Source: Batkoa obscura (Eukaryota). From it: DNA of 64,000 bases. The first letter of the stretch is position 1; each line of letters opens with the position of its first letter. The notes below the pieces were generated by a model. That model did no database searches, had not been told where the DNA came from, and saw only the letters and a program-made list of their open reading frames with translations. Location: the NCBI GenBank assembly GCA_030770535.1, contig JASVEC010000029.1, positions 62,001-126,000 of the forward strand, in the 5' to 3' direction. A program made the position numbers and the translations under genes. Shown piece after piece: positions 37,471-51,399 of the stretch.

Positions 37471-38083
37471 ATATAACCTTTTTAAGCTTATGAATAAAAA
37501 GCAACATGTTTTGGAGTCAATCAAATACCTGTATAGCCTTGAGGCAAAAAAAAACCACTATTGCATAGTGTTCAAAATAATAACGTGATTAATGTTAAAT
37601 AAAAAAGTATTTATTAAATAAAAGCCAATGTGTAACACTATACAATAAAGATGTTTATTTTAAAGTATTTTGTCTTTGAAATCTTTTATTACAACCTTTG
37701 TTTATTAAAAACTCAATTTATCCAATATCAATTTTGACAATTTTTTATAATTTTAATATAAAAAATATAAAAAAAAGATATATGGATTGTATATCATATA
37801 TATTAAGTAACTCAATATTCATTTAATTATTTATTTAGGATTTTAATATCAATTATTTTTGTTTTTATTTTCAACTTACCTACTTAATTTTAAGATGGAT
37901 GGAGATTGGCCTAAACAAAAAAAAATGGAAAATAATACAAATCTGATTGTACAAAAATTACTAAAATAAATTTTATATAAAACAAAAAACCAACAATGTG
38001 GTAATAGAGTACTTGATACATAAGTATGGTGAGCCAAACTCTTTTATTTAAAATTAATTAAAAATAGGCTAAAAGCAATATAT

Positions 38084-38182
38084 GAGGGTGTATTTTTTTG
38101 TTTAAGAATTTTACTAACAATCTTTCCACTCAAATAGCGCTTAAAAAATAGAAAAAGTAATGAAACCAAAAAAAACACCCCC
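38084..38182 (-). mobile_element. 99-bp MITE, copy 12
   Basis: TIRs and core; flanks ATAT/ATAT. Confidence 0.9.
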
Positions 38183-38358
38183 ATATAGTGATTATGAAAG
38201 TATTTAATGTTCAAATTTTATAGCAAAATAGTACTTTGTAGACAAATCTTTGACCAAAAATAAGCAAGGTTAAAATTATAGACTTGCCCAAATTTTGCTT
38301 ATATATGAATTAGCAAATTGGATTTTTCTCGAAATTGTTTAAGGATTTAATTCTCAAA

Positions 38359-39718
38359 ATGAGTAAACAAGAAGGAAGCATGGCAGAAGAGATAACCACA
38401 AGAGAAAGTAATTCATTATTCGAGATAGTGGTTGGAGCTTATGAAAGGATACTTTATGGTTTGAGTTTTTGTGAGAAAGGAAAAGAAAATGAACTTCAAA
38501 TTAAGAATTCAAAGCAATCTACATTAACTACTAGTTTACCCTATTCAATATCACCATTTTTTATTTTCCCTGCTCATATCGGTTGTATAAAGTCTGTCAA
38601 TGTTGGAGTAAGTAGATATTTGGCTTCTGGATCAACAGATGAGTTTATTAAGTAAGTTTTAATTACAGTATGTTTAAGATTAAATGATTACTTAATAACA
38701 ATTATCTGCTGAAAAATGCTAACAAGTTATTTAGATTATATGATATGAAATCTCGTAAAGAGTTAGGATCTCTTCAAGAGCATAAAGGTAAAAAAAAGCA
38801 TTTGGTTATTTTTGTTTGATATTAAATTATTTAGGCTCCATTACATGCCTTGAGTTTGTAGGAAAAAATCATTTAGTCAGTGGTTCCGAAGATGGTACAA
38901 TAATGATATGGAGAACTAAAGATTGGGAGGTATTAAAGACTTTAAAAGGACATACTGGAAAGATTCATTCTTTGTCTGTCCATCCAACTGGAAAATTAGC
39001 TTTATCAGTAGGAAGTGATAAATTAATGTTTTTATGGAATATGATGACAGGACATAAAGCCTCTTCCATAAGATTACCTAAGGTTGCTGATGCCATCCAA
39101 TGGAATAAAAAAGGCGATCTTTATGCAGTAATGTATGAATCTTTTATTGAAATTTATTCAACCACTTCTTCAAAACCAATAAACAAAATAGAATCGAGTA
39201 GTATTCGTTGTAAATTTATGAGTTTAGATTGGTCTGAATTAAATCAAAACAATTATTTGGCTGTGGGATGTAGTGATGGTTCGTTAAAGTTATTTGGTCC
39301 AATTGAAAATGCAGGCTCAAAAGAGATTGAAAGTTTAGAAGTTCAAGCTCATTCTGTAAGAATTAAAGCTTTAAAAAGCGTCAATTTAGAAGAAGCTACT
39401 TTACCTCGATTAAAGACTCGTATTGTTTCAGATGAGGATCCTTTAGATAAAAGACATTACCTAACAACAGTATCTTCTGATGGATTGATTTTAGTATGGG
39501 ATCTTGAAGTTTTAATTGGTAGGTTAGATAGTAATGCAGAAGAACAAAGTGTAATAAAGCTTAAAGAATACGCCTCTCTTTTGAATAAAACCAAAGCATC
39601 AAAAGAGGATATGGAAAAGGACAATTTCCCTTCAGAAGATGATAGATCTTTAATATTAGCTTCGTACTTTGCTGGTGTTCGTCTTACTTGCTTATCCATT
39701 AACTTTCCCTACTATTAA
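38359..39718 (+). CDS. MAK11: Mak11/PAK1IP1 WD40 60S biogenesis factor, two introns
   Basis: IVVGAYERILYG, FIFPAHIGCIK, YLASGSTDEFIK|LYDMKSRKELGSL, VHPTGKLALSVG, AHSVRIK, RLTCL. Confidence 0.88.
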
Positions 39719-40312
39719 TTTGATGATTTATTTGAGCCCAGTCATATGAATAACAACTTTAGTTATCTTTAACAATACTCTTATAACAAGACTACAAAGC
39801 AATCTTATTATAGTTTAAAAATTATAGAACTTTAAAAATAGAATTTATAATAGTTAGAATAAATATTATTTTTATCTTATACTTAATCAAAACTTGTTTA
39901 ACATACTTTTATACTTGCTTATTTTTTATTCAAAATATACTTTATACATGTATAAAAGTAGTTATAATTTCATTATAGTAATATTTTTCTCTTTTGAGTG
40001 TTTTGTCCATTTTTTAATAAGCTTAAAACACAAAAAAATATAATTGTAAAAATATAAATGAGTATATTATTTGAATATTTTCAGTGTCTTTATAAACTCA
40101 TACAGCATGGGGGAGCTTCTTCCAGTTGCCTAATGCCAACAGATTTCCACTTTATGTTCAAATATTCTTTAAAATATATAAGATAAATTTCTATTTGGAT
40201 AATTTGAATTATTTCATCTGATTATGGAAACAAACATCTAAAAAATCAGATTATGTTATTTTTGAAAAACCCAATGAGCCAATAAGCTTCCAAATATCTC
40301 GTTTGTAAAAAT

Positions 40313-40411
40313 GAGGATGTATTTTTTTGTTTAAGAACTTTACTAACAATCTTTCCACTCAAATAGCGCCTAAAAAATAGAAAAAATAATGAAACCAAAA
40401 AAAACACCCTA
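40313..40411 (-). mobile_element. 99-bp MITE, copy 13
   Basis: TIRs and core; flanks AAAT/AAAT. Confidence 0.9.
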
Positions 40412-40949
40412 AAATAGTAGCAATTCAAAAAAGGAAAAAAAATACAAAACTTAGATCTTTGTTCCAATAAATTGTACAGAAAAATTCGAACATTTGAATA
40501 ATAGTATTTATAAATACTGTGTAACCTTATGTAATAAGGAAGAGTATTTTATAGTAATATGAATCCAAATACAGCAATATTCAAAGGATATGATAAAGTT
40601 ATTGTAAACAACTAAGTGTATACAAAGAGTTTTTAAATTTAAATATAAAAAAATATTAAGTAATTCTTTTTTATTTATTAAATGTCAATAGTAAACCTTT
40701 GAATAAAATCCTTGGTTGTTAATTTGAATACAATTAAAATCAGTAGTTATGTAAACGGAACAATTAATTCTATCTATATACAGTTCGAATTCTGCTTTTA
40801 TAAAACTGTATTCAATTTAACCTATTAAAAATGCACAAAAAAAGTATATAAACTAGTGTGCTTTTACTTTAAACGATGTTAAAAACAGTGTTGATAAATA
40901 ACTTCGTTTTGATATTAGACGCACTTCACTTACATAAAGTAACTGGAAT

Positions 40950-42456
40950 ACAAATGAATTTAATTTTAGATGAGGGACTTTTTTGATGACCAAACCAAGT
41001 ACAAGTATCAATTGAGTTTTGGCACTGAAAACTATTTTAAACAAGATTTGATTCATGTAAATGGTAAAGATGATTTACAGTGAAAACAACGATATGGGGG
41101 GGTGTTTTTTTTGGTTTCATTACTTTTTCTATTTTTTAAGCGCTATTTAAGTAGAAAAACTGCTAGTAAAATTCTTACACAAAAATACATCCTCATATTT
41201 TGTAAATTCTGAATATTACAAAGAAGGAGGACCTGTATTTCTATTTGTTGACAGTGAGAAAGAAATCAACCAAAAACGGGTGGATATGAGCATTTTTTTA
41301 GATGCAGTCAAAGAACACTAAGGTATTGTATTTGCATTAAAACATCGATCTTATGGCAAATCAATGCCAAAGGAAGACCTTTCAGAAGATAGTTTAAAAT
41401 ATTTAACTACCGAATATGCTTTGGGTGACTTGGCTACTTTTGCTAGAGAACTTCAATTACTAAAAAGAAGGGGGATGATGAAAAAAGAGCATGGAACATT
41501 ACAACAATAAGAACAAATACTAAATGGATTATCGGCGGTGCAAATTATGGTGATACTTTAGCTGCTTGGGGTATCTTTATGGTATCCAGAGACATTTATT
41601 GATGCTATTGTATCCTCTGGCCCAGTTGAAGTAAAAGAAGATTTTTTTGAGTATGATCAAAAAGTACAGGAATCGTTAGTTGTAAATGGTGGACAAGTTT
41701 GTTTGGATTACTTCTTAAAAAATACAGAGACTATTGATAATGTCTTATTTAATGGTAGTATTAAAGATAAAGGGGCACTGAAGTCGACTTTTGGTTGTAG
41801 TGACCTATCAGATCATCGATTTGCTGATGCATTAACCTTTATAGTTGATAAAGTACAAAGAAATTATCAAAATGAACCACCAAATCTTATCACTTTTTGC
41901 GAATCATTAAAATTAAATAGCAGTGTTGAGGAGATGCTTAATGATTATATAAAAGCACTTAAAGATTATTTAAATCAAAATAAAGAAACTTGTGAGAGTT
42001 TAACTAATTTAAGTAAATATGCTACAGCAAAAAATAATAATGTTGGTCATAAAAGACAATGGTTTTATCAACAATGTACTGAATTTGGATCTTGGCAAAC
42101 AGCATTAAAGGAAGAACTAACTGTTAGATCTCGTAAATTAACTTTGGGATATTTTCAAGATAATTATTGTAAAAAAGTATTTAAAAATATACACCATCCA
42201 GTGCAAATACCGCAGAAATAAATAAAAAACATGAAGCAAAGGCAATCAATCAAAAAAATATTAAATATAATAACGGAGAACTTGATCATTGGACAGTATT
42301 ATCTGTAACTAGTTCCAACGCTAATGTTAAGGCTCACATCATTAAGGGGCTGCTCACTCCTCGGATTCTACTCACTTGGCTATGGCTAGGGATGATAAAA
42401 ATATAAAAAGTGCTAAAAAGAAGGTTCTGGATTTTATTCGAGATTTATTGCAATAA
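40950..42456 (+). pseudogene. Serine peptidase S28 family pseudogene, MITE-interrupted (5' boundary approximate)
   Basis: YFKQDLIH, KQRY|FVNSEYYKEGGPVFLF, LKHRSYGKS, LKYLTTEYALGDLA, SSGPV, RQWFYQQCTEFG, NGELDHW, AHSSD in disrupted frames with stops. Confidence 0.85.
41096..41194 (+). mobile_element. 99-bp MITE, copy 14, inside the S28 pseudogene
   Basis: Flanks ATAT/ATAT; removing the element plus 4 bp restores CGA TAT TTT GTA AAT (RYFVN). Confidence 0.92.
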
Positions 42457-42599
42457 AGTAAAAGCCATAAATTATATAGTTGAAGACCCTTATAAAATAC
42501 CTACTTACAAAGTGTTAATAAAAAACAAGCAGTATTTTTAAAGAGTTTAAAATATTAGATGCAGTTTTGTTTATAAAATAATGAACATTATGAAATGAA

Positions 42600-43230
42600 T
42601 TTATAAACCTGGTCAGTGACGTTTTCGTTCTGTAGAATATCATTATGATCTCTAAATTCGCTACTTACTACCTGTACATTATTAGATCCTAAATCCTTTA
42701 AAGGAGAAGCAAATTCAAGAGTTTGCTCGAAGTTGAATAGAGTATCCTGTTTAGAGTCTATCAACAAATAAAATGGGCAACTGATTGTAGCCCATATTAT
42801 TCAATGGTTCTTTTGAAATAAATTGAGACGATACCTCCTTTCATTTATTTGCATTGCCACTAAATTTTGGTACAATATAGTCATTTTTGTATTTTTTATA
42901 GTCATCAACTGAGTATATAATATTGAATATACCACCAATAGATATCACACCTTTAATCCGTTTAGCTTGATTTAATTGTTTATTTATCATCAGTATAATC
43001 TCTAGTATTTAATAATATCAAAGCACTTAAATGGGCGCCAGCGCAAGAGCCTCCCAAATAGGTTTTATTGTGAAATTTTAAACTAAACATAGTTTGTAAA
43101 TTTATTCGGTGAATCCTTTAGATGAATCGGATGCTATATATATGATTTTAGATTTTTTTTAGTAAATATGTGATGTAAAATAGTACCAGTAATGGTTTTT
43201 TCAATTAGTTTATACAGTGTTGGATAAGAT
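42600..43230 (-). pseudogene. Decayed alpha/beta-hydrolase fragment, paralog of 61549..62435 (boundaries approximate)
   Basis: Minus strand reads KTYLGGSCAGAHLSAL and KQLNQAKRIKGVISIGGIFNI, matching KIYLGSHSPGAHLTSL and KQLSQIKQIKGVVSIDDIFNI. Confidence 0.75.
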
Positions 43231-43433
43231 ATATCAAATTTATATTTTAAGTGTTAAAAATAGTAAAGTTAACAAAAACAAAATCTTTTTATTTTTTTAC
43301 TATAAAAAACATATCACTTAATTATGATAAAAATAAAGTTTAAAAGAGATTAAAAGCTATTAAACATATACAAAATAAAAAACATAAACATTTTATGAAG
43401 TACAAATTAAAAGTAAAAAAAAAGTAATAATAT

Positions 43434-43532
43434 GGGGGATGTTTTCTTTAGTTTCATTACTTTTCCATTTTTTAAGCGCTATTTGAGTAGAATAATTGTT
43501 AGTAAAATTCTTAAACAAAAAAATACATCCTC
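43434..43532 (+). mobile_element. 99-bp MITE, copy 15
   Basis: TIRs and core; flanks ATAT/ATAT. Confidence 0.9.
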
Positions 43533-44113
43533 ATATATAAAATAGCAAGTGCTATTGTGTAAAGTTGAAATTGTAAATTAGTACAAAACGCAAATCATTC
43601 GCCCAATCACTAACAAGTTTTTAGTAGTTGCTGGTAACTGGGAATAAGGTTTACATCCTTCACAGTTTTATCCTTTTTTTTATAGCAATTTTATTAAAAT
43701 TTATACAATTAATTTAGCTATATTCAATATTTTTCAAATATCTAATTATAATTTTTATCATTATTTATATTAAAAATTAAATTAAAGACTAGATAAACAT
43801 AAACATGTTTAAAATATTAAACTAGCCATTATTTAATTAATATGAGCTTATTGAACCAAGTTCTAAATATAAGTTACCAGACTTAAACCAGTTTGGAATA
43901 AATACTCCGTAATTGAATAGGATCGGAGTATTTGAAATCCAAATGATAGGTTCAATAAAAACTCAAATTTTAAGGCTAAAATTGCAATAAAATTATGGTA
44001 ACTTTTGCAGTAAAATAACAATAATTACAACATTCCAAAGTTAAAATAAAAATAATCTCTAATTCTAACCAAACTTCCAATTTATAAATAACAACTTTGT
44101 AAATAAAAATATT

Positions 44114-45293
44114 ATGACTTCTTCACCAAATGATAATGTAACTGATAAGATCAATATATTAACTTATAATTTCTTTATTCGACCCCCTGGAATTAATAAT
44201 AATGGTAACGATTATAAAGATAAAAGAATTGATATGTTTTGTCATTCAGCATTATCGTTTTATGATATTGTTTGTTTTCAAGAAATGTTTTCTTTTGGTT
44301 CAAGTAGAAGACAAAAAGTCATTGATTTAGCTCAACAGTCTGGTTTCCCTTATTTTAAAGCTAGTAGAATCCCTTGTTTTGTTACTGGTATTGATGGTGG
44401 TTTATTGATGTTATCTAGATATCCAATGGTTCGTACGGATGAATTGGTTTTTACTTCTGGAGTAATGAGTGATAGGTAATTTGAAATTTAAGATTTATTT
44501 AAGGTTTACTTATTTATGACTTTATTTACTTTTAGATTTTCTTATAAAGGATGTTTATACGCTAAAATTAATATTCGAGATAACTTTCACTTTCATATAT
44601 TTACCACTCATACACAAGCTAGTTACGAAAATGATTTACCGTTATCTGATGTCAGTGTACAAGCAAGACTTAAACAATTTAGTGAAATAAGAGCATTTAT
44701 GGATCAAAATTTAGTCAATAAACCAGTAGGAGAACCCGTATTTTTTTTAGGTGATTTAAATGTCAATGGAAGAGTTACAAAATTTGAAAATGATAATCGA
44801 TCGAGTAATGAATATCTAGCAATGTATCAAATTTTATGTGAAGGTAGTTATGAATCATCAAGTAGTACCACTTTAAATGAAAAATCAGTTAGTAAATCTT
44901 TAGTATTTAAAGATTTATTAAAAGAAAAATTTGGTTATCATCCCATTACTTATGGTGATTTTAAAGAGGATGGGGATGGTACGGCTATTGCTAAAGAAAA
45001 AGTATTGACATTAAAAATGGATCAATTATCCTGTTTATCTTTAGATTATATCTTTTTACTAGATGAATCAAAAAATAAGGACAATGATAACAATAATAAA
45101 AATAATACTTTATTTAAAGCAGAAGTTGCCAATTTACATATTGAAGAAATGAACAATGAAATTCCAACTCAAGATTTTCCTTGTACTCAATTATCAGGTA
45201 GGTTCTAATTTGTTATATATTTATAATTATTAATATTCGAATTATTTAGATCACTATGGTGTCAGTGCTCAAATTTTAGTTAAAAAATTATAA
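44114..45293 (+). CDS. Endonuclease/exonuclease/phosphatase-fold enzyme, neutral sphingomyelinase-like, two introns
   Basis: ILTYNFF, DIVCFQEMF, DGGLLMLSRYP, KG, THTQA, GDLNV, LDYIF, S|DHYGV (last motif across an intron). Confidence 0.85.
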
Positions 45294-45620
45294 TCCATTT
45301 TACTATTCCATTAGCTATTTTAAATATAAACTGAACTGCTTTTATTTGAATTTAGTAATAAAATATATCTTCATTAATAAATTAAAGTTTATTAATATAT
45401 ATATATAATAGTTATAATTAGCAAGTTAGCTATTTTGTTCTTGAATTAATATCAAATTAAATGTAACTTTAAAAGGTATTGAATCGTATATAGCAATATT
45501 ACTAATAGATACTCCCATATGATTTCAATTAAAACCTTTACCTTAAATTACTTTAATTTAATTTAATAGCTATTTTTATAATTTATTATAATAACCTTAA
45601 CAAACAATTATAAATATAAT

Positions 45621-46775
45621 TTATTTATCTTCAGTATGAATTTTCAAAAACTTTAAATAAGCAACTGGAGCAAAATCATCATCTGAAATAACTACTGGTA
45701 AAGCTTCATCACTAATAATGCAAATAAACTATTATACTAATAAAAAAATTGATATTGAACTTACATAACTAATCGTTTTTTAAATAATGGACAATCTAAA
45801 GTTAATGATTCAAACTCTCCACCTTCTCCACATACATTAATACCAAATTTTTGGCTCTAAATAAAACAATGTTAAACAAAACTAACTTAAGTTATAAACA
45901 TAATATTTTTTTACTAATGTTAATAAAATTGGATACATTTCTCCCAATTCTTTACCAAGATAATCTTTTTTTAAACCTAAAATAAAATATCATTTTATAA
46001 TTGTTCTTATTAATATATATCTCCTCTACTAATTACCCATAGCAGCTACTTTAATTAGAATAGCTTTTAAACCAGAATCAATCATATCTGATAATAACCC
46101 TATTTGTTCTCTTTGCCAAAGATAAGCTAATGGTTTTAAACCTAACCTTTCACAACTAAAAACAATTAAATAAATTGAAACTCTTATTAAAAAAGTAAAC
46201 TAAAAATCTTACACATTCTCCACTCTTTTATTTTGATAACTAGAAAATATAGCACCAACAGATACCCCTTCAATATCGGGTATTTCTTTCTATATTAATT
46301 AAATTAAAACTCTCAACATATATAAGAACATATCCGTTATGTTAACATTATTTACCTTAATTTTACTTAATAATAAAAACAAATCCTCTGTTTCATCATC
46401 TTTAGTTTCTTTATATTCCATCTCTTGATTAACTGGTTTTCCTACTATTGGTTGTCTATAAAGTGGTAATTGCATGCACTCAGCATAAACTTCGATAACA
46501 TCATGACCTACTGTTTGATACATATAACTATCCAATTCATCTTTTATTGAATGTTTTAGTGATTTAATAAAGAAATAACGAAATTTACCTTTTCCGCTTT
46601 CAATAGTGGGATGTAAATTAGCTAAAGCTATAATTTCATGGCCATGTTGGACACATTCCATCATATTGTAACAACTATCTTTACCGCCACTAGAAGATGG
46701 GATTAGTATTACTATTAGTAAATATTTAAACTATTTTTGGATATCAAATTACCTTATTAAGGCTACTACTTTCAT
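45621..46775 (-). CDS. DPH6: Diphthine-ammonia ligase, multi-exon
   Basis: MKVVALIS|GGKDSCYNM, DELDSYMYQTVGH, DETEDL, VGAIFSSYQ, LAYLWQR, IKVAAMG, NVCGEGGEFESLTLDCPLF. Confidence 0.92.
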
Positions 46776-47010
46776 CTTCTTATTTATTTACTACAAAATT
46801 TTAAAATTGTTTGTATTTAGTTTGATGATAAAAAGTCAACTGTTGTTTTATTGGTAAAGTTTTAACTTTGAAATTTAATAGTCCAACGTCACATAGCAAC
46901 ATCGAGAAATTTCAATCCACACTAACCAATCAACTCATAATTTATATCTGATAAAAAAAGCAATATTTTAATTACTATCGATATTATTTTCTTTTTAATA
47001 TCTTAAAATT

Positions 47011-48274
47011 ATGTTACGTACACTTTTAAATACTAAACCTAAATTTTCTCAAAAGGTAAACACTTAATACAACATCATTTTGATTTCCATTTTTTACATT
47101 CCCTCAATTGTTAGGTCTTCTCAGCCATTAAACAAACCTATGCTTCCACTGCCAACTTATCTACATTAGTAGTGATTGAACATAAAGATGGTAAAATCAA
47201 CACAGAATCTCTCAGCGCGTTGAATGCAGCTAGTAAAGTAAGTGGTAGTGAAATCACTTGTTTAGTCGCTGGCTCCGAAGTGGATGCTATTTCTAAAGAA
47301 GTCTCAAAATTAGCTGGAGTTTCTAAAGTATTAGTAGCTAATAATGAAAATTATTTACATCCAGTAGCTGAATCATTTGCACCCTTAATCGCCAAATTAC
47401 AAAAAGATCATAGTTTTTCGCATATCTTTGGGGCTAATTCCGCTTTTGGTAAAAATGTATTTCCTAGAGTAGCCGCTTTATTAGATGTCGCTCAAATTTC
47501 CGATATCACTGGTGTTGAAGCTGAAGATACTTTTGTTAGACCTATTTATGCTGGTAAAAAAATTTCCTTTTTATAATTGAATGGAAGATTAATAAAAAAT
47601 TTAATTAATTAGGCAACGCTATCTCGAAAGTTAAATCCATTGATCCAATTAAGATTGTAACTGTTAGAGGTACTGCATTTTCAGCTGTTGAATCTGGAAG
47701 CTCGGAGGCAGCTGTTGAAAAAGCTTCTGAAGCTGAAGGTTCTGGTAAGTCTTTTTATTTTATTTTTATTCATTCAAATTATTCATTTTAAATCACTTTA
47801 TTAGACCTCACCAAATGGGTTGGAGAAGAATTAGTTAAAAGTGATCGTCCTGAATTAAGTACTGCAAGTAGAGTAGTGTCGGGTGGTCGTGGATTAAAAA
47901 ATGGGGAAAATTTTAAATTATTATATGATTTATCCGATAAATTAGGTGCAGCTGGTAAGTTAATCCAATATTTTCATTATTTACGATTCATTTATTAACT
48001 TGTTTGATTTATAGTTGGTGCTTCCCGTGCTGCTGTTGATGCTGGTTATGTTGATAATTCTTTACAAGTTGGACAAACTGGTAAAATTGTAGCTCCTGAA
48101 CTTTATATTGCTGTTGGTATTTCAGGTGCTATTCAACATTTAGCTGGTATGAAAGATTCCAAGGTTATTGTTGCTATTAATAAAGATCCTGAAGCTCCCA
48201 TCTTCCAAGTGGCAGATTATGGGTTAGTTGGAGATCTCTTTAAAGTTGTACCTGAATTAACGGAAAAACTTTAA
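47011..48274 (+). CDS. ETFA: Electron transfer flavoprotein alpha subunit, multi-exon
   Basis: [85 protein letters not shown]. Confidence 0.95.
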
Positions 48275-48781
48275 ATTTAAAATAAAATTGACTTGAAGTA
48301 CATACGTTACGTTTCTATTTGTTTATTGTTTAATGGATCGATGTATGATGCTTATATGTTTTGGTTATGTGGTTTAGATTAAAATGCGTTATTGCATATT
48401 AATAAAATAATCTTTAATTGAGTTTAGTTAAATTTATTATAAAAGTCATTAAGTTTGTTATTTTCATTTCAAATCATTAAGCTTAATCTAAGATATTTTA
48501 ATCTACTTTCAATAATATTAACACAATAAAAATTATATGTTATAGCAATACTAAATTAAGATTTATAATAATAAATAACGATTTAAATAATACAAAAAGT
48601 ATTAATTGTAATCAATATGATTTTAATAATCAAGTTTAAAATTTACAAATAGTTCTAATTTAATAAGCCCACTATTATCTTCAATAATAGAAAGCATAAC
48701 TCTATCCCATTCAATAATTTTGACAATTTCATGTTAAATAAGCGTACTCTAAAAGAAAAAAAATCAATCAATAAACCAATC

Positions 48782-49700
48782 CTAATCAAAAAAACCCATT
48801 TCACTTACTTCATCCCCTTCCATTTCTTCTTCACTTTCTTCTCTTTCCCTATTTTTTATCCTTTCCACCTTATCCGCGAGTAGCTTATTTGATATTAGCG
48901 TTGATGCCACTACCAATTTATTACAACCAGCTACGGGACATTTGGCCTTAGCTTTCTTTTTTACATAACCCAATATAGCGTTTTTAGAATATGTATGTTG
49001 ACACGGTTTATTAGTTACTGGATTTTCTAACCAATTGGTAGTAATGGGACATTTTAAACTTTCTTTTTGAGAAGAGATAAGAACTTCGTCATCTTCAGAA
49101 GAAGAACCTGAAAGCTCCTTGGTAACGTCTGGAAGTACACTATCTTTATGTAAAACAGAATATATATTTTGTTTAAATTGTAAATAATTTTCATTATGTG
49201 AATATTTTTTTCGAGTAGATAAGGACTCATATTCAAAAGTTTCGTTTTCAACTTGAGCAGTAAAAGCATCAAATAAAGAAGACTAAAGTAGAATATTAAT
49301 CGGATTAGTTAAAAAAAATTAATTTGTTACCTGTAAAGCTTCACCTTCCGAATCTTTAATAATTTTTTTTGAAATATTTAATTGATTTTGATAAATTTGT
49401 ACTAAATGTTGTTGTTTTAATATTTCTAAAAAATCTTTTTCAATTTGTTTTACCTAAATAGTTTTAAATTATTATTTCAATTGAAATAGATTAATTTACC
49501 TCTTGATGAGCTCCACTTTCTTCCATATCAACACCAATTTCTTGAAAAAGTGGTATCGTTTTATTAATACATTCTTCTACTTCTTTAATCCCTTTTTCAA
49601 TTTGATATAATTTATTAACATAAATATTAGGTGGATCAAATTTTAATGGTATATTACTGAAATCAGGTAATTCAATTGTACAATCTTCTTCGTCTTCCAT
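48782..49700 (-). CDS. NSE2: Nse2/Mms21 SP-RING SUMO ligase (Smc5/6 subunit), two introns
   Basis: Spliced C-terminus SLKCPITTNWLENPVTNKPCQHTYSKNAI...CPVAGC; KKYSHNENYLQFK helix; acidic tail. Confidence 0.82.
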
Positions 49701-49803
49701 AATAATATAAATTTAAAATTAGATGAAAAAATGCAAAAAGATTAAAAAGTGAAATTCGAAATTTAAAAGTTCAAAATATTTATTACAAAATAATAAAATA
49801 GTT

Positions 49804-50517
49804 TTAATTACGAATGACATAATTACTACTTGGATGACAGATATGATTTAAACGTAATTGATGGAATGGATTATGCCATTGAGTTTTACAATATCTTCCA
49901 TACCAACAATTATTTCTTATTAACATAGTATCCTCCTGAAATGGAGCAAGTTCTGAATGTGATAATGTAGCTCTATAAAGAAAGACTAATTCATTGAATA
50001 ATTTATCAATTGTACAAGTATCACAAACTACAGTATCAATATCAAAATTCGTTAATTTACAATCCGACAAATTAATTTGTTTATTTTGTACTTTATCTAC
50101 TATTTTCTTATATAATTCTTTAGGTGTTATATTCTCAGCTAATAAATATTTTTTAAAGATTTGACTTTCAATTGAATTACCCCAAAACCAGGTTTCTGGA
50201 AAATTTTCGGGCTCAAATTGAGACCAAATTTGAAATTGAGTATTTACCCCTACATCATTAATTGTTTCAGAACAGGATGGACAATAAGATTTATCACATA
50301 ATGAACAACTTTTATCTTTATTTAATTGTTTTGGAAATAAGTTATTACATAAAGTACAACAACTATGAATTTCATTTGATTGACAAACATAACGATTATA
50401 TTCTGGTAACATTGGTAAACAATAACAACATTTATATGAATGAATTATTGGAATCGATTGACTTTCATAACCCATAAATCTTTTATATGATTCTTCATCT
50501 ACCATTAATTTAATAGA

Positions 50518-50559
<42 letters not shown>

Positions 50560-51399
50560 TGTTAATTTCAAAAATATAGGTTTAAACGTATCATTTGGCT
50601 GATAAGTAAATTCAATTGATTTAATAATTGGTCGATTTCTTTTAAAAAATATTGTATATTTAGGACACATAGGATTATTCAATATAATAGATGATTTTAT
50701 ACAATCTTTAATAAATAATTCAACAACTTCTTTTTTAAGATTTCTTTGTTGAATTTCATCTTTAGTTATTTGTTTTTCTTTATGAATTGCTAAATAAGTT
50801 TGACAAAGTTGATAAAGTAATCGATTAGATTGAGCACTGTTAATTGATTGACGACAAATGGGACAATTTGGATTTTCAAAATAACATTGGGCAATACATG
50901 AACCACAAAAAGTATGAAAACATGGAAAGATAGATACTGGATGATCATAAATATTATAGCATATTGGACACGTCAAATTTTCTTCAAATCCTTTAACAAT
51001 TAATTTGTTTTTATCATTTTCATTGACTTTAAGTTCAAATTCATGAATCTCATTCTCACTCCCTTTTATACTAATTTTATCCCCATCTTTAATATCATAT
51101 GACTTTTTAATGACTAAATTGATGTTATTTAAACTAACATTCTCAACATAACTCTTTAATTGAAAACACTTCTTATTTAACTCAACTACATCCTCATCGC
51201 TCTCATTATCAAATAATTGCTTAAATTTAATAACTACAACATCATCCATTAAATCAATCACTTTCCCTTCACTCCCATCTATTACTTTCAAATTCATTGA
51301 ACCCCAACTTTCCTCAATTCTACTACTCTTTTGAATACTAAAATCCTCATCTTTATTTAGAGCACTACGTTTCATACCAATAATTGTAGATTGACTCAT
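49804..51399 (-). CDS. CHFR-like RING E3 ligase, copy 1 (RING, Cys-rich region, PBZ)
   Basis: C3HC4 RING LTCPIC...PCFHTFCGSC...CPIC; GNSIESQIF; C-terminal CWYGRYCKTQWHNPFHQLRLNHIC; poly-Asn from (AAT)n. Confidence 0.8.
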
